A DNA stretch of 64,000 nucleotides from Tubiluchus corallicola (GCA_030141605.1 JAQGDQ010000042.1:248001-312000); one strand, 5' to 3'. Numbered from the stretch's first letter, positions 14,315 to 30,000 are shown. Translations and numbers: made by a program. The notes: a model not told the origin generated them from the sequence alone.

Positions 14315-17300
14315 GTAAGACTTCTACTCGCTTGCTGTGGCTGGAATACAGTACAATGTGTTTTGTGCGTTTAGATGTTTCCAGAAAATGACGTGCGTCT
14401 TTGTAATCAGATGAGCTTTTCGTCTTTGCATTCAAAAGATTTTTCGTTAATGAGAGATCACTGGATACAACCTGGCTTCGTTGAAGCCGTATGTCATTGA
14501 CTCTCCCTGCCTCAGGTAATGTCTGGTTTGTTCGCATAGCACTTTGCGGTGAGACTAAATATAACAACAAATAATTACGCCGAGTTATATTTATAACAGG
14601 TATACAAAGTCTATGTCTGGATTTTGGAGTGAATCAAGTGTATATTTGTTATAGAGGATAAAAAAGTGTGTACATCAAACTTACATCATACACCGTACTT
14701 ATCTTTAGACTATTCTATCTTTAGCTTTTTGGGCAAATTGGTCGGAAGACTGATGACCAGCCATTTGAGCGAATTTGGAATAATAATTAATTAAGTGATA
14801 ATGGAATCTTCAAGAAGGTTTTACAAGCGGATACATTAGAGGTTAATATTTTTAATACATTTTTAGCTTCAGCAATGCAGTCTTGTCTACTTGTTGTGCT
14901 TTTAATGTATATTTGATATGGGGGATGTATGAAAGCTATAATATTAGGGCTCCTAAGAGGTATTTACGTATAAAAAAGTGTGACTACATACATAAATACA
15001 ATGCGCACATCACAAGAGCTGGATTCCCTAAAGGTTATGTGAAATCACCTCTTAATTTAATTTTTCTATTAGAGCAATGCTCAGTGAAATTTTGATTATG
15101 TTCAGTCTAAACACAATTGCTCCACGTGTTTACGAGAAGCCTAATAGACTGTAGCTAACAGCTGTGAATTTGACTAGTACTAGGCGACTAGGAAATAGCC
15201 TTACTGTTTGCAGGTAATGAACATTATATCCAATAGTGCCTACCTTTGCAATAAGTCTACCAGAAGTTATTACAATAAAACTGCATGTAAGAGACTGGAA
15301 ATAATTTCTTGACTTCGACAAAACAATTTTTAAACCTCTTTAATAATAGTTGATTGTCAACACAAAAACCACGCTGATGCTGAACGTCAAGATCGTCATT
15401 TAATATATCGCTTAAGTTAAAACCAAAGCATTTCCAGGCCCATCAGCTTTAAAAGCAAATTCAATATCACATTAAGTCAGATTTGCTACCGCAGATTTAC
15501 CCTTTAGTAACGGTTAGGGTAGTGATCCAGTGTTAGGTGGCGCTATTGGCGCGTTTCTTGCGGCTGCCTTAATTTTATGTGTTCCAGACGCTAGGATTCA
15601 AAAGACTGGGCTGACATTACCGAATTGTACCGCCAGTATCTGTGTCTTACGCTGACACATTTTTATTTCGCAGACCGATCAATACTAATGATTTACCGAT
15701 AAGCGCACGTTTGCCAACTCAACAAATAGAGGCAATTATTGAATATAAATAGCTTCGACTGTCATTGGGCAAAATTGCTCACCGAAGGAGCATACAGAAT
15801 ATAATGACGTATAATCTGTTAGGGGTGGCTGATTTAAGGAGCAATATAATATTAAAATTCATATCTAGCCACCACGTCATATAAGATGATGGGCCTGTCT
15901 GTCGTGGTAAATACTAAATAGTTAGTTCAGAGGATTTCAGGAAGGGATTGCAGTTTTCGGCGGTCATAATTGTGATAATTATTATATCATTTTCTCAAAG
16001 AATTTTCGTTGGACAAGAAAAAGGATGCTGTGCAGTAACTTATTCTCTCTCGCTCACCTCAGAAAGTCAAAGTAATAATGAGTGCCATTCTAATATTTTA
16101 CACAAGTTAGTGATTTGTTCAAAAATGCTGCATAAGCGTAATAACTACTGAAGCATATAACATACACGGCGAGACTTTGGTCTTCCTTGTCTTGAGTCGG
16201 TTTTGGGTTCGAGTCCCAGTGAAGTAGAATTTTTCCAACTTTTCTAATTCAGTATTACTTTTATAGGCTTTCACTAGGTGTTACCTGTGTGTCATTCTCG
16301 AAGCAATTAACCATTATACTGTACTTTGAAAATAAAAGCTTTTGACATTGATTCGTAGAACGTTAAAATGTTGACAGGAATTAATTGCGGTTTCAACAGA
16401 TTAATAAATGTAATCAATTATTGCCGAGTTAAGTGATTAGGTTAATTTAAACAGCCTGAAAGTGATTATGTGCCAGATTGATTAATAATTTTACTCTAAC
16501 GTAACTAGGTGCTGTACGACATCCCGTAATTCTGCGTCTACACCGTTTAGCCTTTCAGTAGAAGAGTACAGTAAACGTGTTTGCAATGTGAAACCAAAAC
16601 AAGAGAAAACAAGTAGGCCTAATTAATACGATGAGAAACAATTGTAAGCTACTCTAAAGCCTCAAACATACTAATGTCTATCATTAGTATCTGTTCAACA
16701 GTCATTGCATCTCTTGAAAATGCAGTGTCCGGAATATAATTTCTTGTGTTGTTGAGGCATACAGACTTAAGTGGCGTTTACCTAGCATCTGGAATGCGTA
16801 TGCGTTATGCATTATTCCACTGCGGAATAGCAGCGGAACAAAAAAAAAACAATAGGAAATAACTGCAGAAAAAATACGCATACCACAAGTCTGATAAATG
16901 AGTGCATTGGAAACAATATAAACCGATATTAAATAGTCCACACCCCCATAACGAATACGTATTCCGGATGCTAGGTAAACACCACTTTATGCTGATAGAT
17001 ATCCGAATTTTTAAATCTGCAATATCTGTAAAAGCCTTTTGTCTGTTTTTGCTCCGCAACATATGTAAAGTTAGTAAAGATTGTTAAAAAGCTGTCATAA
17101 TTACGAATTGGCTATAGTAAAAGAATGAATCTTTGATTTTTGTTTTCTACTATGTCCACAGCGCACGCGCAGCAGTGGACTCCCACGCACGGGGATGTTA
17201 AATCAGCTACAAGATTCTGAATCATACAGCTATACTCAGCGAAGAAATCCACGGCTAATCCGTCTTGAGTAGTTTACTAATTAGAAAATTCCCACTTGAT

Positions 17301-17818
17301 GTATGATCGCTTATTACCAAGCAAAAGAATAATAGCAGAGGCAGCATTTGAATAATAAGTCTCGGCTTCCCTTCTTATAAGCGGCGTGTGTGTGCTCGTC
17401 CCCAAACAAATTAGTCGATTCAGGATGCAAAGCGCAAATATTGGTCAAGCGCTTAGCCTGAAGTTTTGCCACATACTCACTCTGAACTGTATTTGCTTAT
17501 ATTGACAGCGAGGCACACCAACAGATATGTATCGAACACTGCAATATAACATTTGAGTTTTCTCGTTAAGTAGCAGCTTATTCTGTCCTGAAACCACTAA
17601 CACAGATAAACCAAATGAAGACGAAAATAGATGATAAATCTGTACAAGATACATAGTAATATACGGTAAAAATGTTGTAAATAGATTGTTAAACAACTAA
17701 TACATTTTTAACATTAACTTATCTGTCTTTAAAATTATTGGATGCACGTAAATTATGTTTGTTAATTAGACACATTGTTATCAGTTTTGTAGTAATGGTA
17801 TGTCTCTTATTTGTTATA

Positions 17819-18397
17819 CAGTGTTCCCTCACTTATCGCTGGTGTTCTGTTCCATGCCCACCCGCGATAAGCGAATTTCCGTGAAGTAGGGACGCTATAC
17901 TTATTTTAGTAGTTATACATTATTTTAAGTCTTTATAAACCCTCCCCACACTCTTATACATAAATGTTCATAAAAATGTTTTAAACTCTTAAACCTAGAT
18001 ACGTGATTTTAAAAATTTGATGTGGTACTCACCATTGAAGATACGTCCTACAGCGTGGCGCAAGTACTACATTTCGTTTTTGGTGTGTATTCATCCGCCG
18101 AATAAATACACTATTTACTGTAACTGGTAACTTTTTATGATTTATAATATTCTTTTAATGTTAGAATGAATATTTTTACTATATTTTTATACATTTTCTG
18201 ATTTTTTATGCAAAATTCATCAAATCTATACATTACTGTACAATACGTACTACGCATATGCAAAAATACTTTAGACGGTACTAAAAACCCGCGAAACAAC
18301 GAAAATACCGCGATAAATATTTTACATTAATATTTTTGAAAACCAGCGAAATAGCGAGTCCGCGATAAACGTACCGCGAAGTAGCGAGGGTACACTG
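17819..18397. mobile_element. Tc1/mariner-superfamily (Tigger/pogo-like) MITE
   Basis: TA|CAGTGTTCCCTCACTTATCGC ... GCGAAGTAGCGAGGGTACACTG|CA imperfect TIRs; subterminal ccgcgataa repeats. Confidence 0.75.
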
Positions 18398-20254
18398 CAT
18401 TTTTCATGTAATTTCTTTGGTTTGAGCAATAAACTCTATAAACTACATATAGATGTTACTACTGCACTTCATTGGTATCAGGTGTAAAAGAAGCCACAAC
18501 TTGTTCGGTTTGTAAAGGAAATTGAAAACTCCTTTCAAGAATATTTTCGGAATCCATTCGTTTTTCGCAGAGCTTTAGAAAGTTAATCTGACTGACTGTC
18601 TTTGCTACAATTCTCTTTTTTCTTTCTGATCATGTTACCTTTACCCGTTTACCTTCGTCGTTTTTTGACAACGTAATTTTTGTTGCTATTGTCTGATTTA
18701 TATTTGTCCATTTTGCTACAGTGTTTCTTAACTTTGTCTTTATTTCTTTCGCCTTTTTATTTTCGTGTTTCTACTGTTGTCCTTTTATTTTGCCTTTTTG
18801 TGGCTCCGTCTTTTAGGACCAATCCGTTATCTGGCCCGGCCATTTTCATGGTCCTAAATAAGACCGAGGGAAATTGACATTTGCTGTTGTTCTTATCTAT
18901 CCAATCACAGTCACATTTATTGTCATCTCTCCATCTATATAGTGGAATACATTCTTAGTTTTAGTATTCGTTCTTTTTTGTTGCCCTAATTGTAACTGCC
19001 CTTTCGCTATATTTCGTGTTCGTTTGGCTTTAAACTTATTTTGTTGCTATGGCAACAGCAAATTTCAGCACGTCTATGTCTCTAGAGGCTATAATTCCAA
19101 TAGTCTTTGTGGACAATAAAATTTAAATTTCCGTCCGCGAAATTTGCTGATGCGTATCAACATGCAACCTGTGGCTCGTTGGTAAGCACAAATTGTATCT
19201 CCAGGATCTAGCAAAGGTCTATGCGAGAACAAGAGTACAACAGATACAGGTTCAGATTCATGCTTTCACATGAAGTCTCTATGGACAAAAATTTAAGTTG
19301 ACTGATCTTGTGCTTTCTTTGACTTTTATTCTTCTGAAGCAAAGAACAACAGGTTTCCAGCTTTTGGCCAGTCCAATCTCTGGCCCAATTTTGGTGATTA
19401 TAGACTCATCCGTTCTGCTTTTATTGTACGGACAAATAGACACACACACACACGTTATAGTGTATAGACAGCTACTGACACTTATAATAAATTGATAAGT
19501 AATAATTTCACAGTGACTGTAGACCTATATTTATATCTAGGCTTTTTAAGCATTGGAACAAATGGCTATATGTTGTAAGCCATTAATTCTAAATTGTAAA
19601 TAGTGTAAATAATTAATTAACTGTATTTAATTGTGAAATACTGCTAATCGACAATTGCTATATTGGTTTGTTGCTGTTTGATTGTTAATTATGATTTGTT
19701 GTATTGTTTTGTTATATTGACTTTGTTCGGAAATAAAAGTATTCAGTCAAATCAATCAATCAATATTATGTCCTGCCCACGCTCCGACTACCACCAGCGT
19801 TGATAATGAAAAGCCGAGTAAAAGTGGGCTCTATTATGGTCGAAAATCTATTTAATTCAAAATGATGATACCAATAGTTTCAGAGTTAACACTTATGGGA
19901 CTTCACAAATGCATGGAATCTAGTCAACTTTTTACCTGAATTTAGGTGGCACTCATAAATTGCTCGTCTCTGTACTACTAAGTTTAAATTAAGAAAATTT
20001 ATTCTAAAAGGAAAATGTGTAACGTGTGTGTAAAGTGTAACAATAGTAGAGACACGATAGCTAAGATTAGTCGTAGTCAGATGTTTCTGCAAAACATGTA
20101 ATTACAACTGATTTGTTTCTGAGGCTGCTGTATTTCAATGCATACAACCAACTCAACTGTTATTGTTGATAACAATAAAGAACTACCATGCTGTTACCAC
20201 CAATTCTGTTGTGTTGGTTGTTTCTAATTACAAAATTTTATTTCTGCATTATAA

Positions 20255-20594
20255 TTAATATCAATTATTATTGTTCATTTATGGCATCTTTGGTCCTTTG
20301 TGTTAGCATATGTACCTGTAGTTTATATAACCAGTATGTCACAGGACTCATTAGGGCCACAGACTTAATAGTTAACATCTTACTACTCGTTAATATTTTG
20401 CTTTAGCAATGTGTCAAGTTGTCATTTAATATCAATTATTATTGTTCATTTATGGCATATTTGGTCCTTTGTGCTAGCATATGTACCTGTAGTTTATATA
20501 ACCAGTATGTCACAGGACTCATTAGGGCCACAGACTTAATAGTTAACATCTTACTACTCGTTAATATTTTGCTTTAGCAATGTGTCAAGTTGTC
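20255..20594 (+). repeat. Tandem duplication, 171-nt period, 2 copies
   Basis: 20255-20423 versus 20426-20594, only 2 mismatches seen. Confidence 0.95.
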
Positions 20595-21408
20595 GGCTGA
20601 GGAGTAATATGACGCTTCAGTAAACGTTAAAGTCTATAATATGCATATTGCAGTGCGCGGCAAAGAAAATTTTATGGTCGTTTTATTATCCTATATGCAG
20701 CTTGAATATGGCGGCAGTTATAAACGAAAAATTCTGAAATCAATAGAAATATCTACCAAAGTAATCCTGCAGTGAACATTGCGTGTGAACGAGTAGACAA
20801 AATATTACAGTATTCACTAGATCAGATCAACAACTACTGCACCAAAAGTTTAGAATTCTGATTACATAACGGGAGCTTTAATGATCACGTCAGACTCCCA
20901 CCCTCCAGTGAATAGTGCGTCAGAATTGATGTAAGACTCATCTTGGAAAATTCCTTCGTGCATACCAGCACTATTATACTGTTTCTGTTTTTTCTTTATT
21001 TCAGAATTCGTCGACATGCATAATTCAATGAAAATTGCTCAAGGTGAAAGATGGTCTTTATGACGGATATTCCGCTCAGCTTTTCTGCATCAGTATTACA
21101 ATGACATGTATTCTTCTTCATTTGCTATATGGTAGGTAATAATATATATATAGTGCCATCACCATAATAATTGTCTCAACTGCTCAACTCGCTCTTTTCC
21201 AGTTGAAAATAAGTTTAAAAAATAAGTTAAAAAAACTTAAAACAATTACATAATTTATTAATTATTATATAATTATAATGTCCAAGCTGCTGTGACATTA
21301 GTGTCAGCTGTCTGTTCTTGTCCTATGATAGTCTATTTTTAGTTTTGACAAATGATCTGAGTTTCTATGTACAACTGTTTTAAGAACTTACGAAATGTTT
21401 GAATACCT

Positions 21409-21414
<6 letters not shown>

Positions 21415-21455
<41 letters not shown>
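21415..21455. repeat. (CT)n microsatellite
   Basis: Directly visible. Confidence 0.95.
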
Positions 21456-21458
<3 letters not shown>

Positions 21459-24400
21459 CACATTCAAAAAATAAAATAAGGACTGTCACTGATCCAACAT
21501 AAGTGCTTTTTGGCGAATCTACAACATTATACTGTTTTTGCATCCCAGACACGTCTAATTAAACCGAATCCAAGCTTTCTAAAAATTACAACAGATAGCA
21601 GCATTTTGGTAATGTAGCAAATATCCCTTTATCGCATTTCAAAACTGTTCCTGTTACAAAAATTTCTTTTAGTTTTTCGTCAATAAGGCCATTTTCACGG
21701 TTCAACTTTTCAGGCTGTGTTTTGGAAGCTAGACCTTCAACAGGTTTTTTTCAAATTTACCGACGTAAGAAAAATAATTAATTGTTAAAATGTCTGCCCG
21801 AAAAAATTTATAAATGAGGTCTGCTTAACCGCGAAGTTGTTATTGTTCTCGTTCTTTTTTAATAAATATAATATTATTATTATCCGTAGCCCAATCCGTA
21901 GACCAGCCGTGCATAAGTTACTTCCATGTATGAGTAAACACTGTATGGGTAAACACTGTGAGTTTACCAGGAAACTCTGGTGCTTCAGCACTGCAACGTT
22001 TGCGTTAAGACGACGTGCTCATTGCTCATTGCTCATTGTTAACGATGAATTTATGCGTAATAAGTAGCCAAAATATCTTCACTTAAGCAAACTGAAGTTC
22101 TTGTTTGCCACAAGTACTATAGTATGAAAACTATAGTATAATTCACTTGAATTATGTCCCATAGACCTACGGAAGCAAAATGTTACTACGCAAACGTGCT
22201 GCTTGATTGAACTATATTGCCAATACAATTTCGCATTTGATAGAACATAATAGTTTAATGTTTATAGTTTATAATGTTTAACTAAATAATATGCACTTGC
22301 TTACAAAGATTAAATTTTATTACTCCTTTCGTGCAGGTATTGTTCACATCTGTTTACATAAGTTGGTTATGATACCGCGTTAAATTATAGCAGTTTAACA
22401 GAGAGACAGGTAGCCTACACTTGTACAAAAATTTGCACGCGAATGGTTGCATACTGAAAAATGAGATTTACAATCCAATTGTTCTGCACCCACAGACTGC
22501 CCTATACTGATGTTATTTTACCCATTGGAATTTACCGCTCTGCTCTCATTTCTCTTTTCTCTCTTTTTTTCATTTTCTCTTTATGTTGCGATAACGTAAA
22601 ATTTTTGAATAAAGAAGAAATTTATCGAGCTACGTCGCAGCTAACAAGATATTCCAGCATATTCCATCAGCGCTGTATATATGAAAATTAATGGGAAAGT
22701 CAACGAAACGCTGACAAATAGCTAACTGATACATTGATATAGCAAAAGCCGCGTTGCGATTATGCGTTAATAAATGACCACTGATCTAAATTTGACAAAC
22801 GAATGAATACGGCTTGAGAAGCTGTGGACTTGCAATATAAGGCCATCTAAATGGATGTCAGAAAGACTTGATTCTCCGTAATAAGAACGCCTTGTTAATA
22901 ATGAAATGACGAAAGACTGAATTAAGTCAAATCCAAATCCGCGAATGCCGCATTATTCACTTGATTACACCCGGTCCTGTGCGGTTTACACATATGTGAC
23001 TAAACAGTTTGGCTTTATTTTCAAATTTTGGCTTCCATGTCAGGCCCTTAGGTGTCTGTCCTGCAAGTTTTGTGACTATAGTTAAGGTACCATAGTTTTA
23101 GAGATATTCTGTGTTACGACTCGGACTGACTGATGTCTTGATCAAGGTCACCGTCCATGATCTTATATATATATAAGTTTGTATATCAATGTAAAAATTG
23201 TAATGTAATCGATATAATTGTATTTGTAATTGAGCCTTTGCTTATATATATATTTATATATACATATACATATATGTTTTAGCTGTTTTAGCTCATTTAC
23301 TATAATCACACGTTAACAAGAAATGCAGTAACTAATTTACATGATCATTTACAAATATGCTGTTTACTAAGTTTTGCACTAAATAATTTAATAACATTTC
23401 ATCTGAATTAATACAGAGTTACTAAAAATTCATCCTGCATTAAACTTCGAAATGTTTATAATGTCTCTATGTCTCATACACAAAGCTGATTAACAGCTCC
23501 CAGAGGTAAGACATGTACAAAAACGTGCCTTTTAATTGCATCAACCAGTGGACGTTCAAACACTAGGTGATAAGATGTTTGACTAGTTTCTCTGCATTCC
23601 CTAAATTGCTATGGACATGATCTAATCAGTACTAAAAGTCTTCAAAATTCCCATGCCCTAATAAAAAACTAATGCTAAATGTTTGTCAGGCTGCGGAAAT
23701 GGAATAAATTTGACAGTTCCATTCCATAGACGACTTTTATTGAATACCTGAGTCACATGTGCCAATGGCATCTTTTAACCATGATTATAACCAGAAAAAT
23801 AGCATAGAATTAGCTTACATTACATTGATGTATAATATAAGTTTTGACCACATTTGAATTAATTTTGACTGTGAAGATGAGGTCTATAAAAACTGGCCAA
23901 AAAAGAAAACATTTTGTTTTGTCCTTATTTAAAGTTAATCAAATAGTTGTTTTTATCTAACTTGCAAAGCCATAAACTAAACTAAACCGCGTATTTTCTT
24001 GATTACAAAACGGTATAATCAGCAACTCATAGACGTAAGCGTTGTGCATTTCTTCTTATAAACGAAACTACAATATATTTTCCACTAATTCATTTGCAAT
24101 TTCAATTGACAATAATAAAATCTAGAACCAGGCCAATATTTCTCCCGCAAACTAATGAAAAGTTGAGCATTTTTCATAACAGCATTAGACGGAGCTGTAG
24201 CTAAATGTTCCGAACGTACCTGCGTTAATTAAGCTCTGCAGGGGTGCGAAATAACTTGCACGCTGATAGGGCAGTCAACGAAAATGATTGACATTATGTT
24301 AGACGCCAATTAATTGCTTGTTTCGCTTCTATCTGATGCCAAAATACTGTCGTCCTCGGCTTACTTGTAGTTATCTGTACTACCTCATTTGCTAATTTCT

Positions 24401-26786
24401 TGAAACATATCTGTAATGTAAAAAATAAAAAGACAAAAAGAAGGGGAGAGAGCACTACCCTTGTCTTGAGATAGACCAATTTTACAGTTATGTGCTCCAG
24501 AAATATAATTTTCTACTCTAATATTTAGGTGTCTGCTGCATAAATAGTTTTTAATTACTTTTTCAATTTTCCAATGGCATTTACATGATACAATTTATAC
24601 AATAAACCGTCTAACAAGGCGTTTTAGAATAATCTTTGAAAGCAAAACAAATAGAGTTTTTCGTGTATTAAAGCCCCTTGCCCTGGTGTCTATGTATGTT
24701 TCGTGACTCTAGAGCTCCGCATTTACGAGTTAACATGAATTAAATGTTAATTCCTGAGAAAACGTGACGCGTAACATATATAACAAGAAGAAATCGGCAT
24801 GCGTAGTGGCTCTCTTAGATCGCGCTTCTCGTGGATAAGCGAATAAAAACTCTGCATGTAAGACACTGAAAAAGATCTCATTTTACTAATCACCATGACT
24901 CTGTGGCAGCATTATTTATTCTTTTCTATATTTGAAGGGCAAATACTTGCGCAAGTTCTGGGTTGCAGAGATTGTCTCTCTTGTAATTATTGTCAACACA
25001 CTTTATCAATGTTTCAGCATTAGTGGGCGCTGGTACAGCAATTGATGATGGAGATCTGTACAAACTCGGTTCCGTAATCCGGAATATATTGTCTAATCCG
25101 GAGCTGAATCACTCTAGTTAAGCAACAGAAGCCGCTTGGGGTGCTTAGTACATTAACAGCATCACAATGCGGTGAAAGGCAGTTTAATGCGATGACTGCT
25201 TTCAATGCACGATTATTTCCACTCATTGTGATAATAGTTACAAATATCTATTGTTAGTCCTCTGGGGGCTAAACCAATCACGTTATTAGGAGTGCTAGTA
25301 ATTTTGTTCACAGGAAAATTCATGTTATTCACTGAGTTCTTTACAGCACTTTGAAGTCGATGATACTAAAAAATTATCGGAAGGAGTCCTACGAGAATTA
25401 CAGTTCCCCACGCAATTTAGATACCCTAATCCTAACCATAATCCACTTCACGAACGAAATTCTTGTGTGTGGGAAATTATAAACGTTAGCCAATTCTTCT
25501 CATAGTTCTACAGAAATTATTAAATTTTATCATAATAATATAATTTTAGTAATAATTTATTAATGTAAACAAGACGAGAAAACAAACTGGAAATTAGTAG
25601 TAATACTAAGGAAAATACGTTCTCACTCAATCTATGTCGAATAATTATTATAATTGTTATTTTTCGAGACTAAAGTAAACAGTCAGACTAAGACTCAACA
25701 ATGAGCAAAGAAACTTCAGAATGACAATATTAGGCCTCTCAATACTGAAGAATGTAACTTTTCGGTCTGGCTTCTTTACTCGCGTACATGCGTTGTCTGT
25801 CATTCTTTCAAGCGCTATAGTAACATGGAAGACGACAATGCGCTAAATGTTATGTCTAGGCGAATTTTCGGCCTGCTGATAAAATTTAATAGATTACTGA
25901 ATTAACTAAGTAATTAATAAAAATAAAAAGATCTGCAAGTAGGAATGGCTTATTACATTTTTTTCCATTTTCGCATTCACATAGCGTTATAAAATTTTAT
26001 GATGTTATCAAACTTGAAAAATCTATTTTTGGGACATCAACTTGAAGACACTGATGTCGCTTTGTCATGGTAACACACCATATGGTGTGTGTGTGTCAAA
26101 TGACAACCAATGTTTTATTGTTTACAGTATTTGAAACTCGGCTTATCTGATGATATGAGTGGTTGCTGTTAGTTCGAAGTTAAACTCGAATCTGTCTTAA
26201 TTTGACTAAATATAAATAATACATTAAGTCGTCATACCTTAACGCTGCTTATGCATTATTTGGAGACGACTCTGTTGATGAAAAATGATGTTAGATGATA
26301 GCATGTCGAACCTGAGTACTGAACATTGTTAGGGTATCTTTTTGACTCCTTTTGAAATACAAGTGTTTATACTTCTTTCCAAGAATTTTAGGACAAATGC
26401 ACGGCAAGTTCTTATAAGATTGACATATGTGGCATGCTGTAGCTTCTAGGTGTGCTATCATAAGATCATCGTTATAGTATTCAAATAAGAAACAAATCTT
26501 GCTTTCCTAGTTACAGGGCAGCGCAGGACTGTAAGCTCCCTGCAAAAACTAAAGATATAAATTGGAACAATTAAAATTTTGTAACTTGCTCCAAAACGTC
26601 AAGACGTCTTCAGAGTCAAGACGTAATGTCTAACTTATAACACTTAACTAGTTTTTCAGTATTCTAGCCAGATTTGGATTTTTTGATTTCTAGAATTTTG
26701 CACTAATAATCATAACTGCTGTATTTTTTCTTTTAGTTGCTGTATGTCTGTAGTGGGATTTAATTTACGCGTTTTAGTGCCTAAAT

Positions 26787-27026
26787 ATGGGGCTAGACGA
26801 GGACAGCATCGAATCTGGGCCTTTCCACCTGCTCACCGATGCATCTCTTGTGGAAATGCAGCGGAGAGTTGCGGAGGCCAAAGCGCAGGAAGAGGCTCAC
26901 AAGCAACGGAAAGCTGAGAAAAGTCATCCACCATCACATCTAGAGGAAACTGGTTCTGTGCCTTCTACTACAAATGTTGAGGAGGTAGCAGCTGAGCTAG
27001 AAGAAGAAGAAGAAGAGCAACGAAAG
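26787..27026 (+). CDS. para: Nav coding exon 1 (N-terminus [30 protein letters not shown]...); alternative donor would extend it to 27077
   Basis: Nav-type start FxxxTxxSLxxxxxR. Acceptors ttttag at 26736 or 26777. Phase-0 donors AAG/GTGGAC (27027) and CAT/GTATGC (27078). Confidence 0.85.
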
Positions 27027-30000
27027 GTGGACCCACTCATCGACTACTATCGTGACTACCGCATCGACATTCAGCATGTATGCATGTTGCATGGCTTTCT
27101 TAACTGCATGATTGAATGAAGCTAATGGAGTAAAGGCTGAATACGTAGAATATATAAGCCAATCTCCAAAATGTCAATGATAGATTAAAAATGATTTTTT
27201 TATAATATGATTGTCATTTTACATGAATCAACGCAAGATTCTTGAGTCACATGAGAGTTTCCTTCTGGCTACACCATTACACCGATAATAACCGCCTTAC
27301 TTTCAAAATTAATAATTAATTAAGATACATGCGGATTCAGATATTTTATAAGGTGGTGGCGCTCATGTGAGAACGCCTCTAGTTGTAGTGAAGGCACAGG
27401 GCAGCCGCGTTCTTTTGTAAGTTGTACATTAAGGTTTCCGCTTTGTTTTGATAGCAGCGGCAAATTAGAAGTTTACGTAAAGGTCGGTTATTATTTTTGT
27501 ACATTTATACATAGTAGTAATCGTTAGGTGTACGTCTTTTTAATTGTTGTTAATAAATTGTCTATTTTTGGCTAAAAATGGCGAGCTAGTTCGAAATGTT
27601 GAACGCAATGGCAGTTTACAAAATCTTCACCGGTGTTGTGTATAGACACAGTAGGCCTAGGCGCTCACAGTAACATGATTGCTGTCTAAAGCTGCCTCTG
27701 ACATCGGTAATATTTGCACAGTGAAGCACATTCATAGAAACTACAGCCTACCTCCATTAGCTACAGGCAGTGCATGCGTTTCAATGTTGAAATTATCGTT
27801 TTATAGTTTTATAACTGGTGAATATTGTAGTCTATAATTGGCAAAAATTTACCTGTGGAGCTATTAGAAACACGTACATTCACATTCGTTTTATAAAGTA
27901 GGTAACAGGTGTGCCCAAAAAGAGTCAATTCACTGGCGATTTTCTCATTTGTTAGAGGAGTTTAAAAATGCAACATACTGAAAGGTTCTGGAATTCCACC
28001 CCTGGCTTAGTGAATCTTTACCATTTTTTGTAATGTAATTATAAATTACCAGTTATAAGTTTATCATTTTCATGACTTACATGACCAATCTTCACTTAAT
28101 ATATGTTAGTATCTTGAATAATTTAATTAATTTACATTTTTATGACCTAATCACTGTGGTGACCAGTAATAAAGTCACAGGAAAACTCCCACAATTAATA
28201 TTGGCTAGGGCTAGGGATGTGGATATTTCTTTTTTCTTGTGACTTTTTTCTGTGACTTTTACCTGTGACTTTTTTACCTGGATTCGTCACTGGAGCCATT
28301 CTTTTTGAGCCCAAACTCAAAACTTTGCTGCAACATTTTCAAAAAAAGAATAAAATGCTATATACAAGAAATTTGTCACTGCAGATATTGTTATAGAAAA
28401 ATATTTGTGTATGTGTCTGAGTGCTGTTTGGCTGAAAGGATAAGATTAATTTTAGCAATTTTTTTAAGTTTTAAGATCGGCATAGATGATTTGTTGTCAT
28501 TTCACAAGGAAAGCCGTAATGCTAATCTGTTGCCAGTTTTGGTTATCTCAGTTTAGGCTTGTGGTTATTTATTTTCTCAACTGCTTTGTTATAGAACTTG
28601 TTTTTTAGACAGCTATTTCAATCATGCTGTTACGGAGCTAGTGTGTAACTCCTTAGTGTTGCAAGAAACTGAAGAAACAAGCGAAATACAACAGATGCGA
28701 TTTAGTTGATACCTGAGGAATTACAGTGTGTGTTTACTGCAACATAAATGTATTTTGGCACATTCTTGTGCAATTTTGTGGTAATGGATATGGTAAGATA
28801 ACAAATATGTCAAAAGTTTTATAAATCATGAATAAACATGCAGAACATTGTGGCTCGTAGTAGTAGGGGCTTATGTGTTACATAATTTCATTAGATGCTA
28901 AAAATTATGCGGGAATTCATTATTTTCTTACGTGTACATTGTATAATTAAGATGGAATGCAAGTACAGTGACAGTGCATGACTTTATGTACGTATGCTGT
29001 GGAGGCTATAGCGTATCATTATACCTATTTATGCATTTTTGTTAATAGTATATACCATGTTGTTTACTAATGCTTATTCTTTATCAGAAATTGAAGTCAT
29101 AAGTATATATTGCAGCTCGTTCAACAAGAATTCACTTGTAATAGTGGTTTAGGGCCATTTTCACTTACTGGACTGGTGAGTAGTACTTCTAGAGCAATAA
29201 GGAATATAAAAACGTTACTTGATATATGTGGCTGCATACTAACTGTTAAGTCCCTATCTTCTGATAAGCATAGCGACACTGCTAATTTACAGGTATAATA
29301 GAGTAAATATGATGTAAGTGTTATAACCTGTACATAGTCACATGTGATGTTTTGTTGTATGCATCGGCCGAGAACTGCATTGGTTCTAATGGCATGTTTA
29401 TAATTGAATGCTTGATATTGCGATTGTAAAATGTTTGCAACTGACCAACAGTCTTTATATAAGCACGTGTTTTCAACATTAGTAAGCTAGCCTTGTTCAG
29501 TGCTGCTTTATTTTATGTTTATGGCTAGTATTACTTTTCAGTTTTTTAAAGCATCATGCAAAAACATTTCAAGACTTTAGCTGAGGCTGTAATAATTTTA
29601 ATTGTGAGATGTTTGGTTTTGTTAGGTAGAGTGTACCAACTAAGAAAGGGAATCATGAATCTAAACAAGTATTTATACTTGATTGAGTAGATGCAAGATT
29701 ACTATGCATGAAACTGTATTGGTTCTACGTGAGAGTTTTTCAGGGACTTGTGTTGCATGTGTTTCTTGTATGTTGTATGTTAACTTAATACATTACTATT
29801 CATCAGTGCTGTACATTGAATATGCGTACGTAGAAAACTAGTAGATGTCTCCTTTATTTACTTTATTTGTTTACAAAAAAATATTAGATGGTAAAATGTC
29901 AATGAGCACTTTACATATTTCTAGTTGCTATAATATAGCATAAAAATGTTTATGTCAAACTAAATGAGTACGTGTTTAAGAATTTTCAGGCAGAATTATA

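Noticed and set aside
16170-16230. tRNA gene
   Set aside because: Only a B-box-like GGTTCGAGTCCC is present, with no cloverleaf; at best a SINE remnant.
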